Assembly: GCA_964527395.1 (NCBI GenBank)
Contig: CAZGQD010000003.1
Coordinates: 29,124-93,123 of the forward strand
From: an uncultured Methanosarcinales archaeon
Lineage (GTDB): Archaea > Nanobdellota > Nanobdellia > Woesearchaeales > GW2011-AR9
DNA: 64,000 nt
Direction: 5' to 3'
The notes below the pieces were generated by a model, which saw nothing but the letters and a program-made list of their open reading frames with translations, had not been told where the DNA came from and did no database searches. Below are positions 1-9,152 of the stretch, piece after piece (within the stretch, counting starts at the first letter, position 1; each line of letters opens with the position of its first letter). Both the position numbers and the translations under genes were made by a program.

Positions 1-458
1 TCATCGTATCTTCCTATAAAATATTTTGAGATTAGGTTTTTGTTTGTTGCTGTTGCAAAGTTATTTAATTCGTTAGCAAGAGTTGCAGAAGCTAAGTGAT
101 AACTTGTTCCGTTTGATACTTCTTCTGCTTTCATAAAAGAAGATTCTCCATTTGGTCTTTCGAAGTTTGTTTCTGTTTTAAAATAGATGGTTTCTTCTAT
201 GTTTTCAAGAGGTCCATTGTGAGTAATTGTTGCTGACTTTGAAGGAGTTTGGTTGTGAGAGGTTAAATTAAAAGGATCAATATCAGAATCGTAAGTAGCT
301 AGAGTGATTAAATATGAAGAACTATTGTATGAACTTGAATTAATAAATCTGGTTTGTTCTTCTAAGAATGAATCTATTGAAGGTTTGCCTCTAGCTGTAT
401 GGATAATCTCTGTTGGAGCTTCAGTTTGTGTAGTTGTAGTAATTGTATCTAGGTCCAT
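1..458 (-). CDS. partial hypothetical protein (ORF runs off the window start; Thr/Ser/Asn-rich)
   Basis: Reverse-strand ATG at 458-456 with an apparently open frame to position 1 on a quick manual translation; not in the supplied ORF table because it lacks a stop in the window. Confidence 0.3.
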   Translation of the reverse strand, partial: MDLDTITTTTQTEAPTEIIHTARGKPSIDSFLEEQTRFINSSSYNSSSYLITLATYDSDIDPFNLTSHNQTPSKSATITHNGPLENIEETIYFKTETNFERPNGESSFMKAEEVSNGTSYHLASATLANELNNFATATNKNLISKYFIGRYD

Positions 459-589
459 TTTTGGATTTTTTGATTGTAGTGATATATAAGAGTTACTCTT
501 CAGTACGGTTTTGTAGGGTTATTTTTTATTCAGAAAATTTAAAAGGGATAATTATTGTAGAAATAGTTTAAGGAAGTTGAGGTTTATTA

Positions 590-901
590 ATGGAATTGAA
601 AGAAAAACAAAAGGAAATTGACTCTTGGATTGCTGAGCATGGAGGATATTGGCCAACTTTGAGTATTTTTGCACGATTAGTAGAAGAAGTAGGAGAATTG
701 GGTCGAGAATTGAACCACGTCTATGGGATGAAAAAGCGAAAAAAAGAAGAGAAAATTAAGTCTATTGAAGATGAAATAGGAGATGTTTTGGTTACTACAA
801 TGATGCTTTCAAATTCATTGGATATTGATTTGGAAGATGTGTTTGATAAGACTTTATGTAAAATGAATGTAAGAGATTCAAATAGAACAAAGGAAAAATG
901 A
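590..901 (+). CDS. MazG-like nucleoside triphosphate pyrophosphohydrolase (small all-alpha NTP-PPase)
   Basis: 103 aa; EEVGELGRE ... EDEIGDVL pattern typical of the MazG/YpjD NTP pyrophosphohydrolase fold. Confidence 0.55.
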   Translation: MELKEKQKEIDSWIAEHGGYWPTLSIFARLVEEVGELGRELNHVYGMKKRKKEEKIKSIEDEIGDVLVTTMMLSNSLDIDLEDVFDKTLCKMNVRDSNRTKEK

Positions 902-960
902 TTATTTTGTGTTTTAATAGAGTGATTTTTTGTTTTTATTAATAAAAATGCTGTTTTTTG

Positions 961-1189
961 GTACGTATTAAGTTGGCTAATTTCGAGCAAAGCTCTCTTG
1001 ACTTAGTTCATACTTCACTAAGTTTGAGTGTGCTTAGAAAATTAGCACTGCGGCACGGCCATACTCTGATTTGCAATAAAAATTAGGAAAATCCTGCGGA
1101 TTTTGTGTTTAAAATGAAAATTGCAAATCAGTGGCCTCGATGGGCGGCAGTGCTAATTCTCTATATTTTATAGCCAACTTAATACGTAC
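961..1189. repeat. 229-bp nested-palindrome element (MITE-like or structured ncRNA) with 19-bp perfect terminal inverted repeats GTACGTATTAAGTTGGCTA
   Basis: 961-979 is the exact reverse complement of 1171-1189. An inner ~36-nt imperfect inverted repeat (ttagcactgcggcacggcc...tgatttgcaat / attgcaaatcagtggcc...ggcagtgctaat) encloses a ggaaaatcc/ggatttt mini-palindrome. The internal motif cgagcaaagctctc is shared with the element at 39363-39695. Confidence 0.5.
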
Positions 1190-1194
1190 GTTTT

Positions 1195-1983
1195 TTGGTC
1201 ATTATATTTATAAAAAGGCCATTTGGCTTTATTTTTATGGATTTTGCAATAATTGCTCCAATAAATGTAATGAGAGAAGTAGCTTCTTTGTCAAGAACTT
1301 CAATGTATCTTTATCATTTGTTTAGAAACCAAGATTATGCAGCTTGCTATGGAGCAGATGGGAATTATCGAATTCTTGATAGTGGTGTGTTTGAGTTAGG
1401 AAGATTGCCTACAGGAAGAGATTATGCCAGAAGAATTGTTGAAATTTCACCAGATGAAATAGTAGCTCCAGATATAGTACATGATTCTAGAAGAACTTTG
1501 GAGTTGACTGATGAGTTTGCAAGAAGATATGCTTCTGAGTTTGATGGAATTAAAATTCAAGGAGTAGTTCAAGCTAGTAGTATAAATGGAGCTATAGATT
1601 GCTATAGGGCTCTAGTAGAAAATCCTTTAATTGATGTAATCGGTTTGCCTTCACGAATGGGTTTTGAATATAAAGGTAGAAGAGTTGGAAGAAGAGATTT
1701 AGTTAAAGTTCTCTTAGATAGGGGTTTGTTAGGAGATAAGGAAATTCATTTATTAGGTTTAAGAGATTTTGAAGATGTTTATTCTTTTAGGATGGTTTCA
1801 GTTGTTAGGTCTTGTGATACTAGTAAATTCTATAAAGATGCAAATGCAGGAATTTCTTATAGGGGAGGAGTTGCTAGGAGTAACTTAGGACAAAGGTTAG
1901 ATTTTAGTGCTGTTAGTGGTAGTGGTTGTTTAGAATTGCTTGAAGATAATATGGATGTTTTAAGGCAGATGATGGAGGAGTGA
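1195..1983 (+). CDS. hypothetical protein
   Basis: 262-aa ORF. The true start may be the internal Met (MDFAIIAP...), since the listed start abuts the palindromic element. The ILDSGVFELG segment faintly recalls the DSGGFQ motif of TGT/DpdA transglycosylases, but no Zn-binding C-terminal motif is present. Confidence 0.35.
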   Translation: MVIIFIKRPFGFIFMDFAIIAPINVMREVASLSRTSMYLYHLFRNQDYAACYGADGNYRILDSGVFELGRLPTGRDYARRIVEISPDEIVAPDIVHDSRRTLELTDEFARRYASEFDGIKIQGVVQASSINGAIDCYRALVENPLIDVIGLPSRMGFEYKGRRVGRRDLVKVLLDRGLLGDKEIHLLGLRDFEDVYSFRMVSVVRSCDTSKFYKDANAGISYRGGVARSNLGQRLDFSAVSGSGCLELLEDNMDVLRQMMEE

Positions 1984-1986
1984 TTA

Positions 1987-2985
1987 TTAATCTTGAGAGA
2001 GATATTTTAAGTATATTTGGAAGAATTTTTTATATGTATTGTTGTATTTTTCTATGATGAATCCGTGCAATTTGTCTTTGTGTTTATTATCAAAGGCTTC
2101 TAAAGCAGCAAAATAGGCTATTCTTTGAGTTTTTCTGATAATTAATGGAGGAAAGTTGTTTCTTAGTAGGATAAGATTGATTAAAAGTCGACCAGTTCTA
2201 CCATTACCATCAGAAAAAGGATGAATCTTTTCAAAAGTTGCATGGAAATTAGCTGCAATTTGTAATGGGTGGAGAGGATTGATTTTGTTTAGTTTGTTTG
2301 TTTCTAATGAGTTGATTAGTTTTTGCATCTCTTTTTTTACTTTTTCAGGAGGAGTTGTTTTTACTTTTCTCCCTAGAAGGAAATTAGGGAGTGTTTTGTA
2401 GTTTGGCTCTATTCCAGTGTTTTTTGTGAGGATTTTGTGAAGTTTGATGATAGATTCTTCTGTAATTTTTGGTTTTTTCTCGAAAATCCAGGTAATTGCT
2501 TCTTTTGTGTTGATAGTTTCGTGAATTTCTCTTAGATTCTTGTTTTTTGGGCTGATATTTTCAGTTATTAAGAAGGTAACGTCCTTTAAAGTAAGGGAGT
2601 TGCCTTCTAAAGCGTTCGATTCGTAAGTGAAATTTACTGTGAATCTGTCGATTATGTCTTGTTTTTGCTTAGTTGTGAGATTTTTAGTTAAGAATTTGTA
2701 ATCTTGGCGGATTTTTTCTAGCTTTTGTATCCTTTCTTTTGAAAAAATATGGTTAGTTTTGTAATAACTTGAAGCAGATTGCATGTAAGCTTGTTCAATT
2801 CTTTCTTTTATTTGGAAATTTGCTTGTTTTAATTGGTTGTTTTTGTTTGTTTCTTTATATGAAATAGGCTTGTGACTCTTTAAGTAGATAGAAATCTTTT
2901 TTACTTTGCCATCTATGGTTCTTATTGATTTTTCTAAGTAATATCTGGTTTTGTTATTGATTATTTTGGCTCTAATGAAGGACAT
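1987..2985 (-). CDS. Fic/Doc family protein (adenylyltransferase-type Fido domain)
   Basis: 332 aa containing the canonical Fic motif HPFSDGNGRTGR. Confidence 0.8.
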   Translation of the reverse strand: MSFIRAKIINNKTRYYLEKSIRTIDGKVKKISIYLKSHKPISYKETNKNNQLKQANFQIKERIEQAYMQSASSYYKTNHIFSKERIQKLEKIRQDYKFLTKNLTTKQKQDIIDRFTVNFTYESNALEGNSLTLKDVTFLITENISPKNKNLREIHETINTKEAITWIFEKKPKITEESIIKLHKILTKNTGIEPNYKTLPNFLLGRKVKTTPPEKVKKEMQKLINSLETNKLNKINPLHPLQIAANFHATFEKIHPFSDGNGRTGRLLINLILLRNNFPPLIIRKTQRIAYFAALEAFDNKHKDKLHGFIIEKYNNTYKKFFQIYLKYLSQD

Positions 2986-3041
2986 AGTTATTTTTACCCC
3001 TACTTTTTTATAAGTTTATTGGTTTTGTAGGGTTATTTCCT

Positions 3042-3458
3042 GTGTTTTGTTTCTTGATTTCGAAAGTAGTTGAAGCTATGAGAGATGATTTAACAAGAAA
3101 GATAAAGGATCTTGAAAATGAGGTTAAGATAGGAGAAGGTTTGATTAGAGATCAAAAAGTAGTTGTAGAGCAAGTTGCTGCTGATTTAAATAGAAGTCGA
3201 TTAATTGGATATGGATTAAGAGCTTTAAGTGCAGTTTTTTTTTTGACTGGTATGCTTGGGCTTTTAGGGATAGAGTATAATAATAGACAAAGAGACTTTG
3301 TTTCAAGTATTGCAAGTTATGATAGATGTCTTGAAGTAGTGGATTCAATGCAGGAAGAAGGTCTTGTAATGGATGGGAACTATGAGCCTTTGAGAAGTAT
3401 ATGTGGAGATAAGAGGTCATATGCTCCGTTACCAAGTAAATTACGTCAACTTTATTGA
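3042..3458 (+). CDS. hypothetical membrane-associated protein
   Basis: 138-aa ORF with one hydrophobic segment (AVFFLTGMLGLLGI); no recognisable motif. Confidence 0.35.
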   Translation: MFCFLISKVVEAMRDDLTRKIKDLENEVKIGEGLIRDQKVVVEQVAADLNRSRLIGYGLRALSAVFFLTGMLGLLGIEYNNRQRDFVSSIASYDRCLEVVDSMQEEGLVMDGNYEPLRSICGDKRSYAPLPSKLRQLY

Positions 3459-3459
3459 G

Positions 3460-6400
3460 TTAATCCAAATCTTTAATACTCTTTAGAATGTCATCGGCTT
3501 TGCCTTTCTTTTCTTTTACTGCAGTTGGGCTTGAACCGCCGTGCCAAGTGAACCTTGGACGCATTTGGATTGGGAAAAGACGTTCGTTGTTATCATCGAA
3601 AAGGATTGCTGCTCCTTTTTGTCTTGGAAGATTGTTTAATTCTACATCAAGACCAGTTCGCATATAACTTTGCATCAGAAGTCCTAGGGCCTCAACATCC
3701 ATTTTAGCTGTAAGTCTGTGGCTTAGGACAATGTCAGATTGAGTCATTACGTCAGTGTGGATCTTTCCTGGCTGTTGTGTTGCTAGTATGAGGGAGATAC
3801 CTGGTTGGCGACCTTCTCTTAAGATTGTGATTAATGGGTCACTTGCAGCAGTTTTACCTTCTCTAGGGAGGAGTTCGTGGCAATTGTGTGCAATTACGCC
3901 ATTTGCTATGAAATTGTGGTTTTGATTTACAGTGATATCGAAGAGTGGTTCAGCTGATTTTGTGGTTCTTTTTTGAATTTTTTCGTAAAAGATATTGTTT
4001 TTTAGTCTTTCTTTAATCCATTTGTCGAAGTTTGGAAAGGATTGGGGCATAGAAACACCACTATTTTTATAAATCCAATCTCTTACTTGGTAACTAGGAA
4101 TATTTAGTTCTTTTGCTATTTTTATTTTTCCCCAGCCAGTTTTTTCTCTGATTTGGAAAGCTTTTTTTCTTAAGTTTTCTCTTTGATTTAAGACGTATTT
4201 TCTGGCTTTAAGGTATTCTAACCATAAAAATCCTGTTTTTTGTTTGATTGAGCAATATCTGTAGCCAACTTTTTCTAAGTATTTTATGGTGTTGTCTACG
4301 CTTTTTGCTAAGGTTATGACTAGTTTAATTGATTTAGTTCCATCTTTTCTGATATTGCCTCTTCTTTGTTTGATTTGGCTGACTTTGATATTAAGGTCTG
4401 AGAAGAGTTTTTTAAGTTGATCAGTGTATTCAACTCCGTTTTCTGTTAGTTCTATGTGTTTATTGCATGAGAATCTGATTGGATTAAAGTCTCCACCCCA
4501 TGTTTTTGATTGTGAAGGAGCCATGCCGTCTGCTCCGAATAATGCTGCTAAAAATTCTGCTTTTTCTTCTTTTGAAGCTTTAGTTAACCATTTTGGAATT
4601 AGCATTTTGATGTTTGTTTTGCTTCCAACTGGAGCCCCTAATTTTTTGAAGTAGTCAAAAGTTTTAGCACTGGCGTTTATTGAGTGACTAGTTCCGTTTA
4701 CTGTTGCAGTTTTTCCTGAGACGTGGGTGATTTTAGAGCTTGTTTTTCTAGAATAGATGTTTGATGAAGTGAAACCTAGTGTTTTTAGGTCTTTTTTGAT
4801 CAAAAGTAGGTCATTTTTGTTTGATTTTCCACTAAAACCAACTTGTTTTGGATTATTACTTAGCCATCCATCTCCGAAAATGTGGCCTAGTAATCTTGCT
4901 CTGATTAGTTTTTTGTCTTGTTTATTTGGGATATTTGTAGGGATTGCAAGTTCTTTAGCATCTTTAGTTTCTTGGAAACCTTTTTTTGTGAATAGTTTGT
5001 GGTCTTCTGTGCATTTTATCTTTCTTCCAGTTTCAGTTGTTAGTTCTATTAGTTGTCTTTTTGGTTTTTTGTAGCTTTTAGTGATATTTTGGAATTCGAA
5101 GTCTTTTGTTTTTTGATTATAGCTCCAGGCTTTTAGTTTTTCTTTATTTTCTACTTTTTTTGTGATTTGTTTTATTGTTAATGTGCCTTGATCTGTAATA
5201 ATTGGGGTGTTTGCAGGGAAACATTCATCTATTGCGAGCCAAACCAAAGGGTCTTGTTGTTTTTCTTTTGTTTCTTTACTAAAATAATGCATTGCTTTGT
5301 CAACACTTTGGAATTCTTCAGATTTTCTGGAAAGCATTCTTTCTTGGAAGAGACGTTTACAGACGAGGCCAGCTACCATGGCTTTAATTTCCCAACCAGA
5401 AGGCATGGTTGCGTATGGACTTACATCTAAAACTGTTACCTGACCACCTTTAACAATGTCTTTTAATGGAGTTCCGTCTTTAGAGAATATTTTCCAGCCT
5501 TTGGCTTTTTCAAATGTGTTAATTACAACAGATTTAGTCACTTTTTGCGCTTCTTTGTCTGCTTTTGTTTGTTCTATTAGGTAATCTATTTCATAAGGTT
5601 CACCTTTATTGTTGGTGTTTAGAACTATTTTGCTGATAAGAACTCCTTCTGCAGTGTTTGATTCAATTTTGAAGGTTTCTAGCCAATCTTCTGGACCAAC
5701 GTCTAAAGGGCTGATTGAGAAAGGAAAGTCAGTAGGAATGCCTTCCTCTTTGTATTTGTAATAGAATCCTGATGGTGTGTAGATTTTCACATCTAGTGAT
5801 TTAGGGTCGAATCCCCATTTTTTAAGGAGTGGGGCATCTTGGTAATTTGGATATTTCATTGTCCAGTAAATACCCATTGTATCGAAAAGGACAATTGAGA
5901 GGTTTTGCTTTACTTCTTTTGGAAGGTCAGCTAAACCTTCAGCGATGGAACCCATGGTGTATGAGTTGTGGACTATAATGTTGTTTGCGATGAAGTTGTG
6001 AGTGTTTGGAACAGTTAAGTCGTATACTTCAAAATTTCCTTCTAAAAGTTCTATTTTGGTGATTTGGTCCCAGATTGCTTCTGAGTTTTGTTTTGATTCT
6101 TTTGGAACTGCAATTTGAGTTTGAATTGGAAGAGTTTGAGCAGCTTGCCAACCTTTTTTTGTTAGAAGTGGGTGCTCAGGAGTTAATTTTATTTGTTTAT
6201 TTGATTTTAGAGTAAGTTTTAGAAGAGTTTTAACTTCTCTTTGATAGAAATGAGTGAAAACAGTTGGGGTGATTTGGTTGTTTTTGTTTAGAGTGAGGAT
6301 TTTTGTTTTGTTTTCTTGGCCTTCTAAATTTTTGATTTTTACTTGTTCTCCACTGTCTAGTTGGATTAAAGTGTCACCATGAAGGCATTTTCCGCTACCT

Positions 6401-6573
6401 CTTTTCCCGCAAAGAAAGATTACGTGGGCTCCTGCAACGTCTAAATAAACTGGATTAGAAAGAGCAGTGGTTTGACCCATCTTTACGAACTGTTTTGCTA
6501 TGAAAATAGTTCCTCTTTTACCGTATTTTTTTACGTCATGTTTACTTCGTCCAATGATCACATCAAAAGCCAT
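3460..6573 (-). CDS. HerA/FtsK-like DUF87 P-loop ATPase interrupted by two inteins (extein about 449 aa)
   Basis: After removing the inteins: N-terminal barrel-like region, Walker A GKRGSGK|S split by intein 1, Walker-B-like LVWLAIDE immediately before intein 2, and a C-terminal LREGRQPGISLILATQQP segment resembling HerA (IAREGRKFGVGLTIVSQRP) and FtsK (GIHLVLATQRP). Confidence 0.65.
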   Translation of the reverse strand: MAFDVIIGRSKHDVKKYGKRGTIFIAKQFVKMGQTTALSNPVYLDVAGAHVIFLCGKRGSGKCLHGDTLIQLDSGEQVKIKNLEGQENKTKILTLNKNNQITPTVFTHFYQREVKTLLKLTLKSNKQIKLTPEHPLLTKKGWQAAQTLPIQTQIAVPKESKQNSEAIWDQITKIELLEGNFEVYDLTVPNTHNFIANNIIVHNSYTMGSIAEGLADLPKEVKQNLSIVLFDTMGIYWTMKYPNYQDAPLLKKWGFDPKSLDVKIYTPSGFYYKYKEEGIPTDFPFSISPLDVGPEDWLETFKIESNTAEGVLISKIVLNTNNKGEPYEIDYLIEQTKADKEAQKVTKSVVINTFEKAKGWKIFSKDGTPLKDIVKGGQVTVLDVSPYATMPSGWEIKAMVAGLVCKRLFQERMLSRKSEEFQSVDKAMHYFSKETKEKQQDPLVWLAIDECFPANTPIITDQGTLTIKQITKKVENKEKLKAWSYNQKTKDFEFQNITKSYKKPKRQLIELTTETGRKIKCTEDHKLFTKKGFQETKDAKELAIPTNIPNKQDKKLIRARLLGHIFGDGWLSNNPKQVGFSGKSNKNDLLLIKKDLKTLGFTSSNIYSRKTSSKITHVSGKTATVNGTSHSINASAKTFDYFKKLGAPVGSKTNIKMLIPKWLTKASKEEKAEFLAALFGADGMAPSQSKTWGGDFNPIRFSCNKHIELTENGVEYTDQLKKLFSDLNIKVSQIKQRRGNIRKDGTKSIKLVITLAKSVDNTIKYLEKVGYRYCSIKQKTGFLWLEYLKARKYVLNQRENLRKKAFQIREKTGWGKIKIAKELNIPSYQVRDWIYKNSGVSMPQSFPNFDKWIKERLKNNIFYEKIQKRTTKSAEPLFDITVNQNHNFIANGVIAHNCHELLPREGKTAASDPLITILREGRQPGISLILATQQPGKIHTDVMTQSDIVLSHRLTAKMDVEALGLLMQSYMRTGLDVELNNLPRQKGAAILFDDNNERLFPIQMRPRFTWHGGSSPTAVKEKKGKADDILKSIKDLD
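3883..5223 (-). mobile_element. large intein (447 aa) with a LAGLIDADG-type homing endonuclease domain
   Basis: Begins CFPANTPIITDQGT after the Walker-B-like DE and ends NGVIAHN followed by Cys. An internal LLGHIFGDGW block matches LAGLIDADG. Confidence 0.7.
5965..6387 (-). mobile_element. mini-intein (141 aa, no endonuclease domain) inserted in the P-loop of the ATPase
   Basis: Begins CLHGDT directly after GSGK and ends IVHN followed by Ser (+1 nucleophile). Flanking extein residues reconstitute GKRGSGKS. Confidence 0.7.
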
Positions 6574-6657
6574 AGTAGTTTTAGAGTTTCTTTTGATATA
6601 AAAGTTGCTAGGGTGGAGAAGGCAAAAGAATAAATATGTGGTTTTAGTTTATAGTTT

Positions 6658-7926
6658 ATGGGACTTAGATTTAATGTTTTGATTGTGTTTACTTTTACTG
6701 TTTTATTATTAGTAGGCTGTAGTGTTGAAGGGCCTGGTGATGATGATCGTCGTGGTGGTCATGAAGGGCCTAATCCTGAATATCTTGATTCTGAAGATGA
6801 TTCTAATGGTGCAGGAGATTCTGGTGGTCCTGATTTGGATGTTGAGGTGTTGCCTTTTCCACAAATAGATGCTAGTTATGTGACTTTTGCTGCTGCTGAA
6901 GGGACTTATGCTTATGATGGAAAAACTCCTGTTTATGTTACTTTTAATTCTCATAATGAAGATTCTTGGGGAAGTGTAGTTGGAAATGAGCAGGCTTATA
7001 CTTCTTATCGTAGGAATTTAGTTGAGAAACTTAAATTGATCTCTGAGAATGGTGCTAAGTTGCATTGGCAAACAGATACAGTTGTGTTGGAGGCTATGGC
7101 AGAGTTTGAAGATAGTATAGATAATGGTGATACAAATGGAAAGCATATTTTGAAGTATATATCTGAAGATCTTGGTTTTAGTATTGATCCTCATTCCCAT
7201 TCTACTTTGCTTTCTGATGTGGCTTATTTAATTGAAGAGGAAGGTGTTTCTTCTTCAAGTGTAGTTGGGGGAGTACTTGCTTTTGAGTGTGAAGATAATG
7301 GGGAATTGGAAGGTTCTTTTTCAGGAAGTGATTGGTATGATGAGTTGTTTTTGTCTGGTGATGGTTTGATTAGTGGAGGAGAGTATGATTATAGTTGGGA
7401 ACCTTCAATTTTGTCTGGAGCTGGAATGGGTGGACATTTTTATGATGATTTTTCTAGTGGAATATGGAAGCCAGGTAATGAAGATGATTTTTATGAGCAT
7501 GATTCAAGAAATGATTTGGTTCATATAGGAACTGGATATTCTTCTGATAAAGCTAATGTTGGGAATTTACTGGCTAGTGGAGCAGTAGTGTATTATGAAA
7601 ATGGAGGTTATGTTAGGGAACTTGCTTCAATGATTGAAAGTGGGAAAGTTCCTAGTGGGAAAATGTATACTGCTACAATTCATTTGAGAGATTTGCCAAC
7701 TGTTCGTGTAAAAGATGGGTCAGTTGTAGATACCTTGGAAGGGTTATCTTTGATTTTAGGGGAGCTAGAGCCTTTAGTTTCTGATGGACTTGTAGAATAT
7801 GTGCTTTATGATGAAGCAGTTTCTATTTGGGAAGGTTCGTATGGGGCTGAAGCTAATATATTGCCGTTTAGTCAGTTCAGTATGTATGATTCTGTGTTAG
7901 AGCAGGCTAAGGGGAGGTGTCGGTGA
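6658..7926 (+). CDS. secreted acidic lipoprotein, function unknown
   Basis: N-terminal signal with lipobox-like LLVGCS, then a Gly/Asp/Ser-rich linker; composition noticeably more GC-rich than neighbouring genes. Confidence 0.45.
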   Translation: MGLRFNVLIVFTFTVLLLVGCSVEGPGDDDRRGGHEGPNPEYLDSEDDSNGAGDSGGPDLDVEVLPFPQIDASYVTFAAAEGTYAYDGKTPVYVTFNSHNEDSWGSVVGNEQAYTSYRRNLVEKLKLISENGAKLHWQTDTVVLEAMAEFEDSIDNGDTNGKHILKYISEDLGFSIDPHSHSTLLSDVAYLIEEEGVSSSSVVGGVLAFECEDNGELEGSFSGSDWYDELFLSGDGLISGGEYDYSWEPSILSGAGMGGHFYDDFSSGIWKPGNEDDFYEHDSRNDLVHIGTGYSSDKANVGNLLASGAVVYYENGGYVRELASMIESGKVPSGKMYTATIHLRDLPTVRVKDGSVVDTLEGLSLILGELEPLVSDGLVEYVLYDEAVSIWEGSYGAEANILPFSQFSMYDSVLEQAKGRCR

Positions 7927-7956
7927 GTGGTTTTTTTTAATATTTTTTAGAAAAAG

Positions 7957-9084
7957 TTACTTTTGAAGATTTTGCATGAAAGCAATTTTGTTTTCGATAG
8001 GAGTTTTTGTTGGACGTCCTAAATCTTTTCTAGCACCTTTGTTAACAAGGATTTCTAGGAAAACTGGACCTTTCATATCTTTAATTTGGTTCAAATACTT
8101 GATTATTTGATTAGAGTCTTGTGCTTTGAAGGCTGTTTTGTAACCTGAAGCTAGAGCAATTTGGGGAAAATTGATCTCGTGAGCTACTGTAGGTTGGCCG
8201 CCAACAGAATCATGAGCGCCATTGTTAAAGATAATATGAATAAAATTTTCTGGAGCTAAGTCAGCAATGATTGGGAAAGAACCCATGTGCATGATTGCTG
8301 CTCCATCACCATCAAAACAATAAATTTTTTTGTTTGGTTTAGTTAGAGCAATTCCAAGCGCAATTGAGGAGGCATGACCCATACAACCAATTGTTAAGAA
8401 GTCTCTGTGATGGCCAGAGTTTGTTGCAACTCTATGCTCGAAAAGTTCTCGTGACGTTTTTCCTGTGGTTGAAACAATTATCGCTTCGTTGCCAATATGG
8501 TCTGAAACTAATTTAACTGCGTCTTCTCTGCTTAATTCGAAATTTGTGTTGGTGTTGTTTTGTAATTTGTATGCTTCGAATGTGTTTTTTTTGATAACTA
8601 AAGCGTAAGGAGAATTGTTTGTTCTCATGAACTCTTTTGCTTTTTGAATAGTTTCGTTGATGTTTTGACTTTCTGAGTGGATTATAGAGTAAGGTATTCC
8701 TAAGAGTTCTAATTGTTGTTGAGTAATTTCACCCATTTTTTTATGTTGAGGTTCATCTTTTACGCCAGGTTCGCCTCTCCAACCTACGATTAAGAGTGCT
8801 GGGATTGAATATGCTTGAGGATCTGTTAATGATGTAGTTGGATTAACTATGTTTCCTAAGCCAGAATTTTGCATGTAGACTACTGCAGGGTTGTTTGTTG
8901 CTAGGAAGTGACCTGCAGCCATGCCAAGAGCGTTTCCTTCATTTGCAGTAATTACGTTTTGTTTAGGATTAGTATTATCAGTAATATAAGCACAAATTGC
9001 TTTTAGAAGAGAATCAGGGACTCCGAAAAAGGTGTCAAATCTGTGATTTTTTAGAGTATTGTAAAAGATTTCAGGTTTTATCAT
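7957..9084 (-). CDS. thiamine-diphosphate enzyme of the phosphonopyruvate/sulfopyruvate decarboxylase family
   Basis: 375 aa. N-terminal TPP pyrimidine-binding region (GVPDSLL...ANEGNALGMAAG) and C-terminal TPP motif GDGAAIMHMGS...NNGAHDSVGGQPT. Size and architecture match single-chain Ppd/ComDE. Confidence 0.6.
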   Translation of the reverse strand: MIKPEIFYNTLKNHRFDTFFGVPDSLLKAICAYITDNTNPKQNVITANEGNALGMAAGHFLATNNPAVVYMQNSGLGNIVNPTTSLTDPQAYSIPALLIVGWRGEPGVKDEPQHKKMGEITQQQLELLGIPYSIIHSESQNINETIQKAKEFMRTNNSPYALVIKKNTFEAYKLQNNTNTNFELSREDAVKLVSDHIGNEAIIVSTTGKTSRELFEHRVATNSGHHRDFLTIGCMGHASSIALGIALTKPNKKIYCFDGDGAAIMHMGSFPIIADLAPENFIHIIFNNGAHDSVGGQPTVAHEINFPQIALASGYKTAFKAQDSNQIIKYLNQIKDMKGPVFLEILVNKGARKDLGRPTKTPIENKIAFMQNLQK

Positions 9085-9152
9085 TTTCTTGATAAGGTAT
9101 TCTAATATTGCCTTTTTAAAGTTTATTTAAGTAGGTTCTTTTTGAAAAGAGG

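Noticed and set aside
1195-1983. Considered as PEP mutase or a TGT/DpdA-like transglycosylase
   Set aside because: It has no PepM EDK...NS motif, and only a weak DSGVF resemblance to TGT. The C-terminal zinc-binding motif is absent, so it is left as hypothetical.
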